Origin: a virus
IMG/VR virus record: IMGVR_UViG_3300012352_000418
Coordinates: 1 to 64,000 of that record
Reading direction: 5' to 3' (one strand)
Length of the DNA: 64,000 bases
In this document: positions 25,398 to 35,313 of the stretch, piece after piece
Position numbering within the stretch: position 1 is the first letter of the stretch
How the letters are laid out: every line of letters starts with the position of its first letter
The notes under the pieces: model-generated
Database searches by the model: none
The model's input: the letters and a program-made list of their open reading frames with translations, nothing else
What the model was told of the DNA's origin: nothing
Position numbers and translations under genes: made by a program

Positions 25398-25958
25398 TCA
25401 ACCCAATTTTTCCCAGTTAAAGATAGCGTAGTGTCCAATACCAACAGCATCAGCAACATCGTTATCGCTAATGTTCTTTTTGTATCGATCACTAACAAAC
25501 TTAATTGTTCTTTGTTTACGGAACTCTCGCTCCTTGTTTTTATACCAAGCATCAGATCTTCCAGGAAACTCATTACGAATAAGCTGTTTCTCTGGTGTAG
25601 TAAGTCTACCATTCTTAATAAAGGTTTGCCATGCAATTGGGTTGGTGGACTTAATTGTCTCTACCCCTGCTAAAGACATCGCTCCTAGAATAGCACCCTG
25701 AACCAGGGCTAGATCAGCAGCGGTCTTAGGGCTATTCATAAATACGGTGTGCTCGATAACTACCGTGTCTATGTCTTTGTAGTAATTAAAGAAATCACGA
25801 ACTACCTGAGAGGCCTGCTGTACCTTTTCATAGTTAGTCTTACCTGCCCAAGATATCTTTCCATAACTAGTTAAGTTATCATCAGACCAGATAGCGAAGG
25901 CAATGCTAGTGCTGTTTGCATCAATTGAAACAAACTTACTTATCTTTTCCATTAGCAA
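25398..25958 (-). CDS. RuvC-like Holliday junction resolvase
   Basis: FVSIDANSTSIAFAIW (first Asp), VVIEHTVF (Glu), and the C-terminal DNDVADAVGIGHYA acidic pair fit the RuvC fold pattern. Confidence 0.7.
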   Translation of the reverse strand: MLMEKISKFVSIDANSTSIAFAIWSDDNLTSYGKISWAGKTNYEKVQQASQVVRDFFNYYKDIDTVVIEHTVFMNSPKTAADLALVQGAILGAMSLAGVETIKSTNPIAWQTFIKNGRLTTPEKQLIRNEFPGRSDAWYKNKEREFRKQRTIKFVSDRYKKNISDNDVADAVGIGHYAIFNWEKLG

Positions 25959-26223
25959 GGCCTTTCATCTCTCTAAGAGTTCTAGAAACATCTTTTGGAT
26001 TAACTACACAAGAAGAGCACAGTAGGTCATCATTATAAACAGATAGCGGTTTGTTGCAGCTCTTACAAAGCTTTGGCTTTGACATCATCTTATTGCGTCT
26101 TGCAATTGCGTATCTTTGCGTGATCTTCTCTTTAGTTGCAGAATCTCTGCACTGCTCAGAGCAATAAATTTGATAGCTTACTTTTGGATCAAAAGCTGCA
26201 TCACACCATTGACATGTTTTCAT
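25936..26223 (-). CDS. zinc-ribbon protein (95 aa)
   Basis: CQWCD...CSEQC and CKSCN...CSSC Cys pairs. Confidence 0.55.
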   Translation of the reverse strand: MKTCQWCDAAFDPKVSYQIYCSEQCRDSATKEKITQRYAIARRNKMMSKPKLCKSCNKPLSVYNDDLLCSSCVVNPKDVSRTLREMKGLANGKDK

Positions 26224-27004
26224 CGATAGGCTCCAGGCGATTTATTCTTACATCTCCCGAACCTGCATCTGCACAGACCTTGCTTAAAGGACAGTTCTTG
26301 CAGATTTTCGAATTTGAACGATAAGTCTTTTCTGGAAGAGTTCTATCGACCCATGCCTTACGGACTGTTCGCATCCATTCGAATGCATCATTTACCCACT
26401 TAATGTAATAGTCATTAATTTCTACTGGAAGCACTAGTAGTTCGTGGTTGTTCTTATTCTCATAGATAAGAACAGCCTTACGCTTCTGTAGAATCTTCAT
26501 GTAAATAAGTAGCTGGATCAAGTGTCCAGGCTTTGGCTTACGATTCATCTTGCGATACTCGAAGCCCTCATTCATCATAGTCTTAATTTCACCGAGAAGT
26601 TCTTCGCCTTCCCAGTCAAGAATGACGTCACCGTATCCAAAGATGGGTGGGTCATTGTTGATAATCTTAAACTCTGCATCCTTGAGGATTCCAGCATCAG
26701 CCATAGCTGCCTGGATTCTATTGTGAGACAGAGTACCATTAGTCATATTGGCACCTGCAAATGCATCTGCGTTGTCCTCGAATGTACCCCCGTCAAATGC
26801 AAGGTACCAGTAACGAGCACATTCTCCGTGTCCATAGGCAATAGTAGAAGGAGCAAATGTCTTCTTCTGCTGGTGCTTTGGTCCACGCTTTGCAATGTAA
26901 CCGTGCTGGATAGCCTCAACAAGACCCTCAGTGCTAAAAGCTTCTGTGATCTTCTTGTCTACTGGCTTTTCCATTACCTGTGTTAGTAAATTTTTCATAG
27001 TCAT
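26201..27004 (-). CDS. Cas4/RecB-like PD-(D/E)XK exonuclease with Fe-S Cys cluster
   Basis: N-terminal Cys (GECARYW), GDVILDWEG...LGEIKT (D...E-x-K), QLLIYM (QxxxY) and C-terminal CKNCPLSKVC. Confidence 0.7.
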   Translation of the reverse strand: MTMKNLLTQVMEKPVDKKITEAFSTEGLVEAIQHGYIAKRGPKHQQKKTFAPSTIAYGHGECARYWYLAFDGGTFEDNADAFAGANMTNGTLSHNRIQAAMADAGILKDAEFKIINNDPPIFGYGDVILDWEGEELLGEIKTMMNEGFEYRKMNRKPKPGHLIQLLIYMKILQKRKAVLIYENKNNHELLVLPVEINDYYIKWVNDAFEWMRTVRKAWVDRTLPEKTYRSNSKICKNCPLSKVCADAGSGDVRINRLEPIDENMSMV

Positions 27005-27007
27005 ACC

Positions 27008-27322
27008 TTAGCGAGTAATATACTTAAGTGCCGAAACCAAATTGTTTACAGATTCTGCAGCAGTATAGTAGATATTCTTCTTCGCTCTGTCTCCCTTGTC
27101 TACGTTGGTAAGCCAAGTTGCCTTGAACGACATCTTGGCAGCAATTGCTTGTAGTCGAACAATCTCGACTGTAGCAACTTGCAGAGGAATATCTGGTTTA
27201 ATTATTAGCTTAGCGATCATAGTAAGTGCAGAAGTGAGTTCTTCATCCTCCATGTAATCTGCAATTTCACTTAAACCGTTAATCATTTCTAGTGTTGATT
27301 TGTTTTCTACTGTTGTTTCCAT
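27008..27322 (-). CDS. hypothetical protein (104 aa)
   Basis: Track ORF trimmed to ATG 27322, which lies 6 nt after a TGGTATACT box. Confidence 0.55.
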   Translation of the reverse strand: METTVENKSTLEMINGLSEIADYMEDEELTSALTMIAKLIIKPDIPLQVATVEIVRLQAIAAKMSFKATWLTNVDKGDRAKKNIYYTAAESVNNLVSALKYITR

Positions 27323-27328
27323 TACCTT

Positions 27329-27337
27329 AGTATACCA
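27329..27337 (-). promoter_or_regulatory. extended -10 promoter TGgTATACT, leaderless-type
   Basis: The minus strand reads gTGgTATACTaaggtaATG; 6 nt to ATG 27322. Confidence 0.4.
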
Positions 27338-27344
27338 CTTTCGA

Positions 27345-28079
27345 CTAGATACCGCTAGTTTTGCTTGTAAGATTACTCTTGCTTGACTTAACCCACTTGC
27401 CACAATCGTTGCACTGGAACTTGTCGTAGGAGCCTGTAGTGCCTACGTAGACACCTTCTGGACGTAGATTCTGAGAGCCACAGTTGGGGCAAGCATCATC
27501 AATGTTCTCGTACATACCAACAGTTGGGTGAGAATTGATCCAGGGAAGAAGCTTCTCGTACAGATCAATAAGTAGATTAACATCCTGAATCTGGTACTTC
27601 TTCATCTCTGCCCATGCTTTGTTATTGCCAGCCATGCACTTAATCCAAAGATCGAACCCTGAGTGCTCAACCTTTGCACCAACACCTAGGCGTTGTGCTA
27701 CATAATCAAGCTTGTTGGATGGGAACTTGAACTGTGACTTGACAACAGTCATGAGGTCAATGTCCTTGGTGGGTGAGTGAGGAAGCATTCCTGCCTCCAA
27801 GAATTCACGCTTAAGGTGCTTTACGTCAAATGCTGCAGAGTTCCACCCTACAACAGCATCAGCTTCGTCCATAAGTCTGTGAATCTCATTAAGCATCTCC
27901 TGCTTGCCGTCATGATGTACTGACTTGAAGATAACTTTCTTCTGACCGTACCAACGTGCACCAAAGCACATGACCTCCGTAGAGGCTAGGATCTGCTTTA
28001 GCGAGATGTTTTGGTCCCACAAACCCCAGGTATGTGCTGTCATAGGTGTTGTTTCTAGGTCTAGAAATAGTATTTTCAT
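27345..28079 (-). CDS. DEDDy 3'-5' exonuclease with C-terminal zinc ribbon
   Basis: ILFLDLETT (ExoI), VGWNSAAFD (ExoII), YQIQDV (ExoIII YxxxD), then CPNCGS...CNDCGKW. Confidence 0.7.
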   Translation of the reverse strand: MKILFLDLETTPMTAHTWGLWDQNISLKQILASTEVMCFGARWYGQKKVIFKSVHHDGKQEMLNEIHRLMDEADAVVGWNSAAFDVKHLKREFLEAGMLPHSPTKDIDLMTVVKSQFKFPSNKLDYVAQRLGVGAKVEHSGFDLWIKCMAGNNKAWAEMKKYQIQDVNLLIDLYEKLLPWINSHPTVGMYENIDDACPNCGSQNLRPEGVYVGTTGSYDKFQCNDCGKWVKSSKSNLTSKTSGI

Positions 28080-28366
28080 TATTTTGTATCCTCAACTAAT
28101 TGTTCTAACATTGATAACTCTACCACTGCTAGTCTTGTTTTGTATGCACCCTCACCGATTACCACGATAATGGCTGGGTCTGCATTGTTTTTTATTGCAT
28201 CGGTACAGGCCTTAGCCCAAACCTCTTTATTCAAAGTAAAAGACTTTCCTACTTCTTTGAAGTCAACACAAAAGTTTTCCCAAGTAGCATCACCCTTTTG
28301 AGTGTTGCGACCAGAGTTCTTGTGCTGCTTGGCACCAATACGCTTAGACTCACTCTTCTCGCTCAT
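28079..28366 (-). CDS. hypothetical protein (95 aa), possible PD-(D/E)XK-like nuclease
   Basis: NSGRNTQKGDATWENFCVDFKE resembles a D...(D/E)xK core (weak). Track ORF trimmed to ATG 28366. Confidence 0.45.
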   Translation of the reverse strand: MSEKSESKRIGAKQHKNSGRNTQKGDATWENFCVDFKEVGKSFTLNKEVWAKACTDAIKNNADPAIIVVIGEGAYKTRLAVVELSMLEQLVEDTK

Positions 28367-28529
28367 AGTCTGCCCTCGACTTTCTAGTCTCAAGACTTAC
28401 CTCTGAAACGTGTCTATCTGGACACATCCAGGTTAGAGTCTTATCTCTTAGGTAATGTCTAATAGTTTTAACTTCTACACGACAAACATGGCATGGGAAT
28501 GATCCTGCATGTACTACATACTTAGCCAT
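28350..28529 (-). CDS. possible small Cys/His protein (59 aa)
   Basis: MAKYVVHAGSFPCHVCRVEV...WMCPDRH.... Its ATG overlaps the recA stop and its stop overlaps the next gene. Not in the track. Confidence 0.35.
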   Translation of the reverse strand: MAKYVVHAGSFPCHVCRVEVKTIRHYLRDKTLTWMCPDRHVSEVSLETRKSRADYEREE

Positions 28530-29538
28530 TTAATTGTTCCTCAATAGACTTACGGAAGTCTTCATTCTCTTTAACATAGTTAATGAATGCTTCTCTACCC
28601 TGGACTTTTTTGTCCTCAGAAACGATGTACCATGCTCCTGTGCGGTTTACAATACCTGCTAGCTCTGCGGTGTCAACTAGGTCTCCAACGCCGTCTACGC
28701 CGATCTGAGGGCCTTTGAAGTAGAAGTCATAGCTGCCAGACTGGAAACCTGCAGAGGTCTTAGAGAACTGTAAATCCCAGTTAATCTTGCGACCAATCTT
28801 CTCTTCGATAAGCTTGTCTCCTACAGGAATCTTGCCCTTAATCGCCTGGTTATCGGACTCAGACGAGAACAGTTTGATAACTGTTGACGAGTAGAACTTT
28901 GTTGCTTGTCCACCAGTGGGCTGCTGTGAGGTATACATAGCAGAGATATTATTTCGTGACTGAGAAATCAGCACAAACAATGTAGGCTTAGGCTTGTTGT
29001 TAGCATAGTTAATCATCTTCCACGCATTAGAGAAGTCTCGTGACTCAGCACCAATCTGCTTGGTATTTTCAAGCTGCTTAAGCTCGTCAGAGTCCTTCTC
29101 AAAGTAGATTGCAGGCAACAGTGATGTAATACTGTCTACAACAATAAGGTCTACACCTGCGTTCATAAGGTTAGTGCCTAGGTCTACCATCTCATTGATT
29201 GTACGACACTGTGAATAGATAAGCTTTGATGTGTCTACCCCGAGCTTCTCAGCCCAGGACTTGTCAAACGACATCTCGGCATCGATCCAAGCACAGATCT
29301 TACCTTCTTTCTGTGCCAGTCCAATCATCTGGAGACACATAGAAGACTTAGCAGAAGACTTGCTTCCCCAAATCAATACCTGTCGTCCGTATGGTAGGCC
29401 TCCACCAAGTGCTTTGTTCAAGCCATAGCTAGGTGTGGGCTGGAGCAGTGTTTCTGGCATCTCGTCTCCAACAAAAAGATTCTTACGCAACTTAGGATTA
29501 AGTGCTGCTAGAACATCGTCTACGGTCATGTCAGCCAT
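28522..29538 (-). CDS. recA: RecA-family recombinase
   Basis: GGLPYGRQVLIWGSKSSAKSS (P-loop variant), DLIVVDSITSL (Walker B), C-terminal TGAWYIV...VQGREAFINYVKEN, all RecA-like. Confidence 0.8.
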   Translation of the reverse strand: MADMTVDDVLAALNPKLRKNLFVGDEMPETLLQPTPSYGLNKALGGGLPYGRQVLIWGSKSSAKSSMCLQMIGLAQKEGKICAWIDAEMSFDKSWAEKLGVDTSKLIYSQCRTINEMVDLGTNLMNAGVDLIVVDSITSLLPAIYFEKDSDELKQLENTKQIGAESRDFSNAWKMINYANNKPKPTLFVLISQSRNNISAMYTSQQPTGGQATKFYSSTVIKLFSSESDNQAIKGKIPVGDKLIEEKIGRKINWDLQFSKTSAGFQSGSYDFYFKGPQIGVDGVGDLVDTAELAGIVNRTGAWYIVSEDKKVQGREAFINYVKENEDFRKSIEEQLNG

Positions 29539-29759
29539 TAAGCCACCAACCCATTAATCTTTTCTGGCTGGAAGCCTGCCCAGCTATCTTCTCCTGCAAT
29601 AACTACTGGAGCTGCCAGGAATCCCATGCCAACGATCTTGTCGTACGCTGCTTCATCCTGTGTAATGTCAACTGTTTCAAACTCCAAACCATTCTTGGTC
29701 AAAAGCTTCTTTGTCTGCTCGCACTGAACGCAAGCTGGCTTTGTGTATACTGTAATCAT
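29538..29759 (-). CDS. nrdH: NrdH-type glutaredoxin-like redoxin
   Basis: MITVYTKPACVQCEQTKKLL... has a CVQC active site; 73 aa. Confidence 0.8.
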   Translation of the reverse strand: MITVYTKPACVQCEQTKKLLTKNGLEFETVDITQDEAAYDKIVGMGFLAAPVVIAGEDSWAGFQPEKINGLVA

Positions 29760-30076
29760 TAGAATCGTACTCCGTGCTTCTCTGGTCGTGATGTGTTAAA
29801 GCGTGTCTTCTTCGTGAAAGCGTAATCGAGGGATACTGTAGTATACCCGAATTCTACTAAACCAGCGTATAGGTCAAGTGTGCGGATCAAAATGTCTGCC
29901 ATTTCGTCTGCAATCTCTTCCTCGCCCTTGTCTTTGCGAATAGCCTCCATGACTTCTACAGCCTCTGAGACAATCATCATTAATTGCTTAGTTACAAAGA
30001 TGTCATCGACATCCTCTGGCCAGAAGCCCTTATCTACTGCGGTTGCGTGCAGTTCTGTTGCTAGTGAATCGAACAT
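29759..30076 (-). CDS. MazG-like nucleotide pyrophosphohydrolase
   Basis: SEAVEVMEAIRK...EEIADEMADILIRTLDL reproduces the MazG EExxE/D helix pair. Confidence 0.7.
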   Translation of the reverse strand: MFDSLATELHATAVDKGFWPEDVDDIFVTKQLMMIVSEAVEVMEAIRKDKGEEEIADEMADILIRTLDLYAGLVEFGYTTVSLDYAFTKKTRFNTSRPEKHGVRF

Positions 30077-30085
30077 GTTTTCTCC

Positions 30086-33000
30086 TTATTCTACGTCGTT
30101 CAAAATAATAGTGCCGTCTTTGGTCTTGCCAAATTCAAATTTGTATGCGTTACCCTCTTTAATCTTCATATAAGCTTTGGGGAACTGTGTTGGGAATACC
30201 GTCACAGAATGCAGCTCACGAGAAGTATCAGCGAGTACTAGGTATGCCATCTTCTTTCCAGCCTTTGTTACTCGTGGCTTGAATGACACAACATACATTT
30301 CATCGTCAGTGTATGGCAACTGCTTGTATCCAAGGAACCTTACGATTCCGTTGTCGGAACCCTTTGCCTCGTCTACAGGGACAAACGATGTCACACGGTT
30401 ATCGCTAGCCAAGATGATGTATGTACGTCCTGGCTCGATAAGTGTTTGCTCGTCGTCAAAGATACCAACAACACCAGTCTTATCAAGGATCTCAACTCGT
30501 GACCAACCCTTGCCTCGCTTGATGTTCTTAACCATTCCCATAAGAATGAATGCACCCTTTTCCTCGTACTCCTCTGCCTCATTAATAAAGGCGTGGAAGT
30601 GTGCTGGAACCGAGATGTTAAACTCTGGTAGGTTTAGGTACTCGTAAAGATTCTCTCGAACCTCTTGCTCGTTGCGTGGGTTATCTTCGAATGTAGCGGC
30701 ACCAATTAGTCGTAGAGACGATAGTGCACGACTGTTGACTCCGTTACCCTTGCCAAACGTAAACTCCTCAAGCTCCTTGTATGACCTGAATGGGCGTGCC
30801 TCGATGTACTTCTTGGCAATGTTATCAGAGATAAACTTAATACCAGTCAGACCAAAGCGGATACCCTTGCCCTCAATCTTAAAGTCCATGTCGGACTCGT
30901 TGATGTGTGGAAGTCGAATAGGGATATCCATACGCTTTGCTTCAATGAGGTACTCCGTACGAGTATCCTTGTCCTTCTCATTCTTAAGAAGAGCAAACAT
31001 AAACTCGATGGGGTAGTGGTACTTCAACCATGCTGTCCAGTAAGAAAGAGTTGAGTACGCCACAGCGTGTGACTTGTTAAACGAATAACCAGCGTGTGCC
31101 TCAAAGTCATGCCACAGGTCCTTCGCACCCTCTTCGCCAATGTATGCCGAAGCACCCTTAACGAATTGGTCTTGGAACTGGTCAAACTCCTTAGCATCCT
31201 TCTTCTTACCAATGATCTTACGAACCTTGTCAGCCTCTGCCATAGACATTCCACCAAGCTGTACACAGGCCTGCATGACTTGCTCCTGGTACAAGATACA
31301 ACCATAGGTGTCTGAGGTGAACCCCTTCATTACAAGGTGCTTGTAATCAACATTCTGCTTACCGTGCTTGCGTGCAATGTAGTCTTTACCAATGGTGTTC
31401 ATAGCACCTGGACGTACTAGTGCGTTAGATGCTGCTAGTTCGTCAAAGTTCTTTACCCCCATTTTTACCAACAGATTAGTGTATGGCGTAGCTTCACACT
31501 GGAACACACCCTTGGTGTGACCTGCTGACAGCATCTCGTATACGTTACGGTCCTCCATGTCAATGGTGAGTGGATCGATATCCTGACCGTGACGTTCTTT
31601 AATAATATTAAGAGTGTCATCAAGTACAGACAGAGTCTTAAGACCCAGAGCATCAAGCTTAATCAAACCAATACGCTCTGCCTCACCCATGTCTACAGCA
31701 ACTACAGGAATACGTTCCTTGGTTCCTGGTGATGTGCGTGTCTCCATTGGAGCATACTTAAAGATAGGCTCCTTTGCAGTAACAACACCAGCAGCGTGAA
31801 TACCCGTACCACGGATACGTCCACGGAGCTGCTCTCCATACTGTTCTACCTCTGGGTACTTCTCACGGAACCACTCGGTGGTCTTAGAAGAGCAGTACTC
31901 GTCCCAGGTGTCAATAGTCTTGAGCACCTTGTTAACGTCAACCAGTGGGATGTGAAGTACACGAGAAATGTCTCGAACAACACCCTTATCCTTAAACTGT
32001 AGGAACGTAGCAATAGATGCAACGTGTCGATACTGTCTAACTAGATAATCCTTTACCTCGTCTCGACGAGAATCCTGAATATCAGTATCAATATCTGGGA
32101 AGTCATTTCTTTCTGGATTAATAAAACGGAAGAACAAAAGGCCATGAATAATTGGGTCAATGTCAGTGATACCAAGAGCATAACAGAGAAGACTACCAGC
32201 AGCCGAACCACGACCAGGACCAACACGAATACCTTCTTTCTTTGCCCACGCAATCATACTACGAACGACAAGGAAGTACGGTCCGAAGTTCTTATCTTTA
32301 ATAATCTTTAGCTCTTCATCTAGACGATCTAGATAGTCCTGCTTGCCCTCAAGCCCACGCTGCTTTAGACCTGCAATAGCAAGTGCGTAAAGCTCTTCGT
32401 CTGGCTTTGGGTACTGTACAGGAAGAAGGTCCATGTGGTCCTTGATGTTGTAGTCCTCTACCTTATTAGCAATCTCTAATGAGTGCTGGTAGATGTCTTC
32501 TCGATCAATACCCTGGGCCTCCATGTCACGCTTCATTTCCTCATAGGAGAGAAGGTGAATGTTAAATTTGTTAAATGACATCTGACGGTCTGCACCGTAC
32601 AGGTAGTCCAAACGCTCCATGAGGTTTGGCATGTCACGAGACTTCTCAAATGTAGCATCCTTCTCAATCTTGTTTGAGTAGGTGTTGAGAATAAGCTTTA
32701 GCTCCTGGACTTCCTTCTGGCTAGGGTCAGAGTGGTGGCAGTCAGGCGTGACGACAGCCTTGATTCCATACTCGTCTGCAAGCTGAAGCAGGGTGTGGTT
32801 AATCTCAGCAGCGTTGTGAGGCATGACCTCGATGTAATAGTCGTCACCAAATACACGGTGGAACCACTCAATCTTTTCCTTAGCCACGGCAAGTTCGCCA
32901 GTCTCAATAGACTTGGCTACGATGCCACTTGGGCAAGCTGAGGTAACAATAAGTCCCTCGCTGTACTTCTCCAGCACCTCAAAGTCAATACGTGGCTTCT

Positions 33001-33358
33001 TGAAGAAACCTTCTGTCCAAGCAATCTCGTTAAGCTTGTTGAGGTTTTCCAACCCCTTCTCGTTCTTAGCGAGAATAACAATGTGGTTGTACACCATGTC
33101 TAGAACGTGCTCACGTTCTGATGCATCTCGGTGGTCGAATCGGTCTTGAGCCATGTAGCCTTCGACACCTAGGATAGGCTTGATACCTGCCTCTTTGGCA
33201 GTACGATACATTTCACGGTGACCCGAAAGCGAACCGTGATCGGTAATTGCAATAGCTGGCATACCCAGTTCTACTGCTCGGTCCACATATTCCTGTGGTG
33301 TTGCGATACCGTCAAACAACGAATAGTGAGTGTGAACGTGAAGTCCAACGTAGCTCAT
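30086..33358 (-). CDS. dnaE: DNA polymerase III alpha subunit (DnaE-type)
   Basis: PHP domain (VGLHVHTHYSLFDG, AITDHGS), palm/fingers blocks (GPGRGSAAGSL, DIDTD, HAAG), 1090 aa. Confidence 0.9.
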   Translation of the reverse strand: MSYVGLHVHTHYSLFDGIATPQEYVDRAVELGMPAIAITDHGSLSGHREMYRTAKEAGIKPILGVEGYMAQDRFDHRDASEREHVLDMVYNHIVILAKNEKGLENLNKLNEIAWTEGFFKKPRIDFEVLEKYSEGLIVTSACPSGIVAKSIETGELAVAKEKIEWFHRVFGDDYYIEVMPHNAAEINHTLLQLADEYGIKAVVTPDCHHSDPSQKEVQELKLILNTYSNKIEKDATFEKSRDMPNLMERLDYLYGADRQMSFNKFNIHLLSYEEMKRDMEAQGIDREDIYQHSLEIANKVEDYNIKDHMDLLPVQYPKPDEELYALAIAGLKQRGLEGKQDYLDRLDEELKIIKDKNFGPYFLVVRSMIAWAKKEGIRVGPGRGSAAGSLLCYALGITDIDPIIHGLLFFRFINPERNDFPDIDTDIQDSRRDEVKDYLVRQYRHVASIATFLQFKDKGVVRDISRVLHIPLVDVNKVLKTIDTWDEYCSSKTTEWFREKYPEVEQYGEQLRGRIRGTGIHAAGVVTAKEPIFKYAPMETRTSPGTKERIPVVAVDMGEAERIGLIKLDALGLKTLSVLDDTLNIIKERHGQDIDPLTIDMEDRNVYEMLSAGHTKGVFQCEATPYTNLLVKMGVKNFDELAASNALVRPGAMNTIGKDYIARKHGKQNVDYKHLVMKGFTSDTYGCILYQEQVMQACVQLGGMSMAEADKVRKIIGKKKDAKEFDQFQDQFVKGASAYIGEEGAKDLWHDFEAHAGYSFNKSHAVAYSTLSYWTAWLKYHYPIEFMFALLKNEKDKDTRTEYLIEAKRMDIPIRLPHINESDMDFKIEGKGIRFGLTGIKFISDNIAKKYIEARPFRSYKELEEFTFGKGNGVNSRALSSLRLIGAATFEDNPRNEQEVRENLYEYLNLPEFNISVPAHFHAFINEAEEYEEKGAFILMGMVKNIKRGKGWSRVEILDKTGVVGIFDDEQTLIEPGRTYIILASDNRVTSFVPVDEAKGSDNGIVRFLGYKQLPYTDDEMYVVSFKPRVTKAGKKMAYLVLADTSRELHSVTVFPTQFPKAYMKIKEGNAYKFEFGKTKDGTIILNDVE

Positions 33359-33387
33359 TTAGTTTCTCTCTCTTTGTAGGATAGGAG

Positions 33388-33409
33388 GGCCAGCAGTGTT
33401 CTGCTGACC
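33388..33409 (-). other. RNA hairpin between the SSB-like gene and dnaE
   Basis: The minus strand reads GGUCAGCAG-AACA-CUGCUGGCC (9 bp including one G-U). No U-tract follows. Confidence 0.3.
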
Positions 33410-33419
33410 CCCCAGTTTG

Positions 33420-34073
33420 TTACCATTCGATATTGGAAGTTGCTGATCCAGATGGGCTATCGAACCCGAGGTAGAATGCCTCCTGCTCAGCATATGGAAT
33501 CTTCTTAAGAGCTGATTCCAGTGGGTAAGGCTGTACTTCCCACTTGTATGGTTCTGCATCAGGTGCAGACGGAATGAGGGTGTAGCTGGTCTCAGTACCC
33601 TGGCCGTTACGCTTAAGCTTCCAGGTCAGGTTAGAGATGCTGCCAGTCTCAAGTGCATACTCACGAATAGTGTTGAATGCAGACTGCTTGCTTACACCCA
33701 TTGACCAGATAGCCACGTATGGCTCTTCAATGCCGTCGTCAACGAGGACGTTGCAGTAGAAGCGAAGACGTGCACGCCAACCAGCCTTGGGGTCCTTACG
33801 GTGCATCTCTTCAGCCCAGTCACGGCCTTCGGTGTCCATGGTGTCTACAGCCTTACGCTTGTAGTCCTTGGGATTGGTGTGCTCCTTGACAACAAGGGCA
33901 AGACCACGGTCTTCCGAGTAGTTGGCAGAGTCTTCATCCAGTTCCTCAACGAAACGGATCTTTACTGCCTGTCCGTCAGCTAGCTTGAGCCAGCGAACAC
34001 GAGGTGAATCTTCATCATACTTTGGCTTATCAAGTAGTGCGTTGATATTCTTTAGCCCTTTAATTACACTCAT
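33420..34073 (-). CDS. putative ssDNA-binding protein (gp2.5-like; positional)
   Basis: 217 aa between the primase and dnaE, with an aromatic C-terminal end (SNIEW). No motif is decisive. Confidence 0.35.
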   Translation of the reverse strand: MSVIKGLKNINALLDKPKYDEDSPRVRWLKLADGQAVKIRFVEELDEDSANYSEDRGLALVVKEHTNPKDYKRKAVDTMDTEGRDWAEEMHRKDPKAGWRARLRFYCNVLVDDGIEEPYVAIWSMGVSKQSAFNTIREYALETGSISNLTWKLKRNGQGTETSYTLIPSAPDAEPYKWEVQPYPLESALKKIPYAEQEAFYLGFDSPSGSATSNIEW

Positions 34074-34109
34074 TTGTTTCTCCTTTGTTATTTTCCCTTA
34101 GTGGGTATA

Positions 34110-35054
34110 TTAGTTTAGCATAGCGGCGATAGAGTTGTCAAATCCAACCCGAAGGTTCTTAATAGATTCATCATCCATGTCACCGATATCTTTGTACTGC
34201 TTATCTAGTTGCAGTACGGTAACACGAGGTCCAAGCTTTTCTACAAGTCTGTCTCTCATACCACTTCCAGCTTCATCGTTGTCAGCAATAACAATAATAT
34301 CATTGAAGTACTTTTGAAGCAAGTCTATTTGTGTGCTGTTTACGCTAGCACCCAGGGTAGCCACTGCTGGCATACCACATTGATCCAATCTAATTGCATC
34401 AAATGAAGACTCTACGACATAAACCTGACGAGAAGTCTTGACTCTGTGAATATTGAATAGTGTCTTACTCTTAGGTAGTTTAGGACTATTCTTGAACTCT
34501 TTACCCTCCACAGAACGGCCTACAAAGCCAACACACATTCCATCTGGAGAGTGTACTGGAATAGTAATCATGTCACGCTTGTCAGAGTACCCTAGCTGAA
34601 ACTTGTGCACAGAGTCTTTTGTAATTGATCTGCCCTGGTAATAACGAATTGCTCGTGGAGACTCCAAAGCTGCGTTGTTTAATCGCTTTACCGTGAACTC
34701 GTCAAACTCTACAAACTCTGGCTCTTGATTGAGCTGCTTGTCGATATCCTGCTCAATAGTGCTATTAGACTCTTTACTCTTAATATACCTGGCAGCCTCA
34801 AAATATGTACGACCAGAGGTGTGCATAATTAATTCAATAAGATCACAGGCCTTGTGACAGGAGAAGCAGAAGAAGATTCCGCTGGACTTGTCAACCTCAC
34901 CAGCTGGGGTTCTGTGGTTGCCATGAAATGGGCAGAAGATTAAGTAGTCCGAAGTAACTTCTGACTCAATGTTTATTCCACTACCTGCGAGGACTCTCTT
35001 GATTTGTTCATCTGAGTATACACTATTTGTGTTCCCTCTACTCCGTCGATCCAT
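34110..35054 (-). CDS. dnaG: DnaG-type DNA primase (CHC2 zinc finger + TOPRIM)
   Basis: CPFHGNHRTP...CFSCHKACD (CHC2); VVESSFDAIRL and VIADNDEAG (TOPRIM). Confidence 0.8.
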   Translation of the reverse strand: MDRRSRGNTNSVYSDEQIKRVLAGSGINIESEVTSDYLIFCPFHGNHRTPAGEVDKSSGIFFCFSCHKACDLIELIMHTSGRTYFEAARYIKSKESNSTIEQDIDKQLNQEPEFVEFDEFTVKRLNNAALESPRAIRYYQGRSITKDSVHKFQLGYSDKRDMITIPVHSPDGMCVGFVGRSVEGKEFKNSPKLPKSKTLFNIHRVKTSRQVYVVESSFDAIRLDQCGMPAVATLGASVNSTQIDLLQKYFNDIIVIADNDEAGSGMRDRLVEKLGPRVTVLQLDKQYKDIGDMDDESIKNLRVGFDNSIAAMLN

Positions 35055-35299
35055 TGGCTTTGCTTCTTTCCTAAGTATATTCCATATAATGATAGTTCAA
35101 ATTCAAAATATTGTTTTTCCTGATTATAGTCTAATGTAAAATCTGGCTGTATGTCAAGTCTTGGTACATACCCCGACATTCGCATGTTGGTTGTAAGCAA
35201 CCGAACATACTGATCCTTTAGTCTCCAGAAAGCAGAGTCGTCAAGGATGTGACCATCGAGATGGAACCTTTTTATTGACTTGTGGTGGATGTTGTTCAT
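34973..35299 (-). CDS. hypothetical protein (108 aa)
   Basis: Track ORF; TATAAT 7 nt upstream of the ATG. Overlaps the annotated primase start by 82 nt. Confidence 0.5.
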   Translation of the reverse strand: MNNIHHKSIKRFHLDGHILDDSAFWRLKDQYVRLLTTNMRMSGYVPRLDIQPDFTLDYNQEKQYFEFELSLYGIYLGKKQSQWIDGVEGTQIVYTQMNKSRESSQVVE

Positions 35300-35306
35300 A
35301 GTACCT

Positions 35307-35312
35307 ATTATA
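35307..35312 (-). promoter_or_regulatory. -10 box TATAAT, leaderless-type
   Basis: The minus strand reads agtTATAATaggtactATG; 7 nt to ATG 35299. Confidence 0.35.
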
Positions 35313-35313
35313 A

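Noticed and set aside
34973-35054. The 82-nt overlap between the 108-aa ORF and the primase start, considered as a frameshift or mis-start
   Set aside because: There is no alternative ATG/GTG/TTG start in the primase frame downstream of the overlap and before the zinc finger, and no slippery site was noticed. Both ORFs look protein-like, so this is probably a genuine overlap. It remains unresolved without ribosome profiling.
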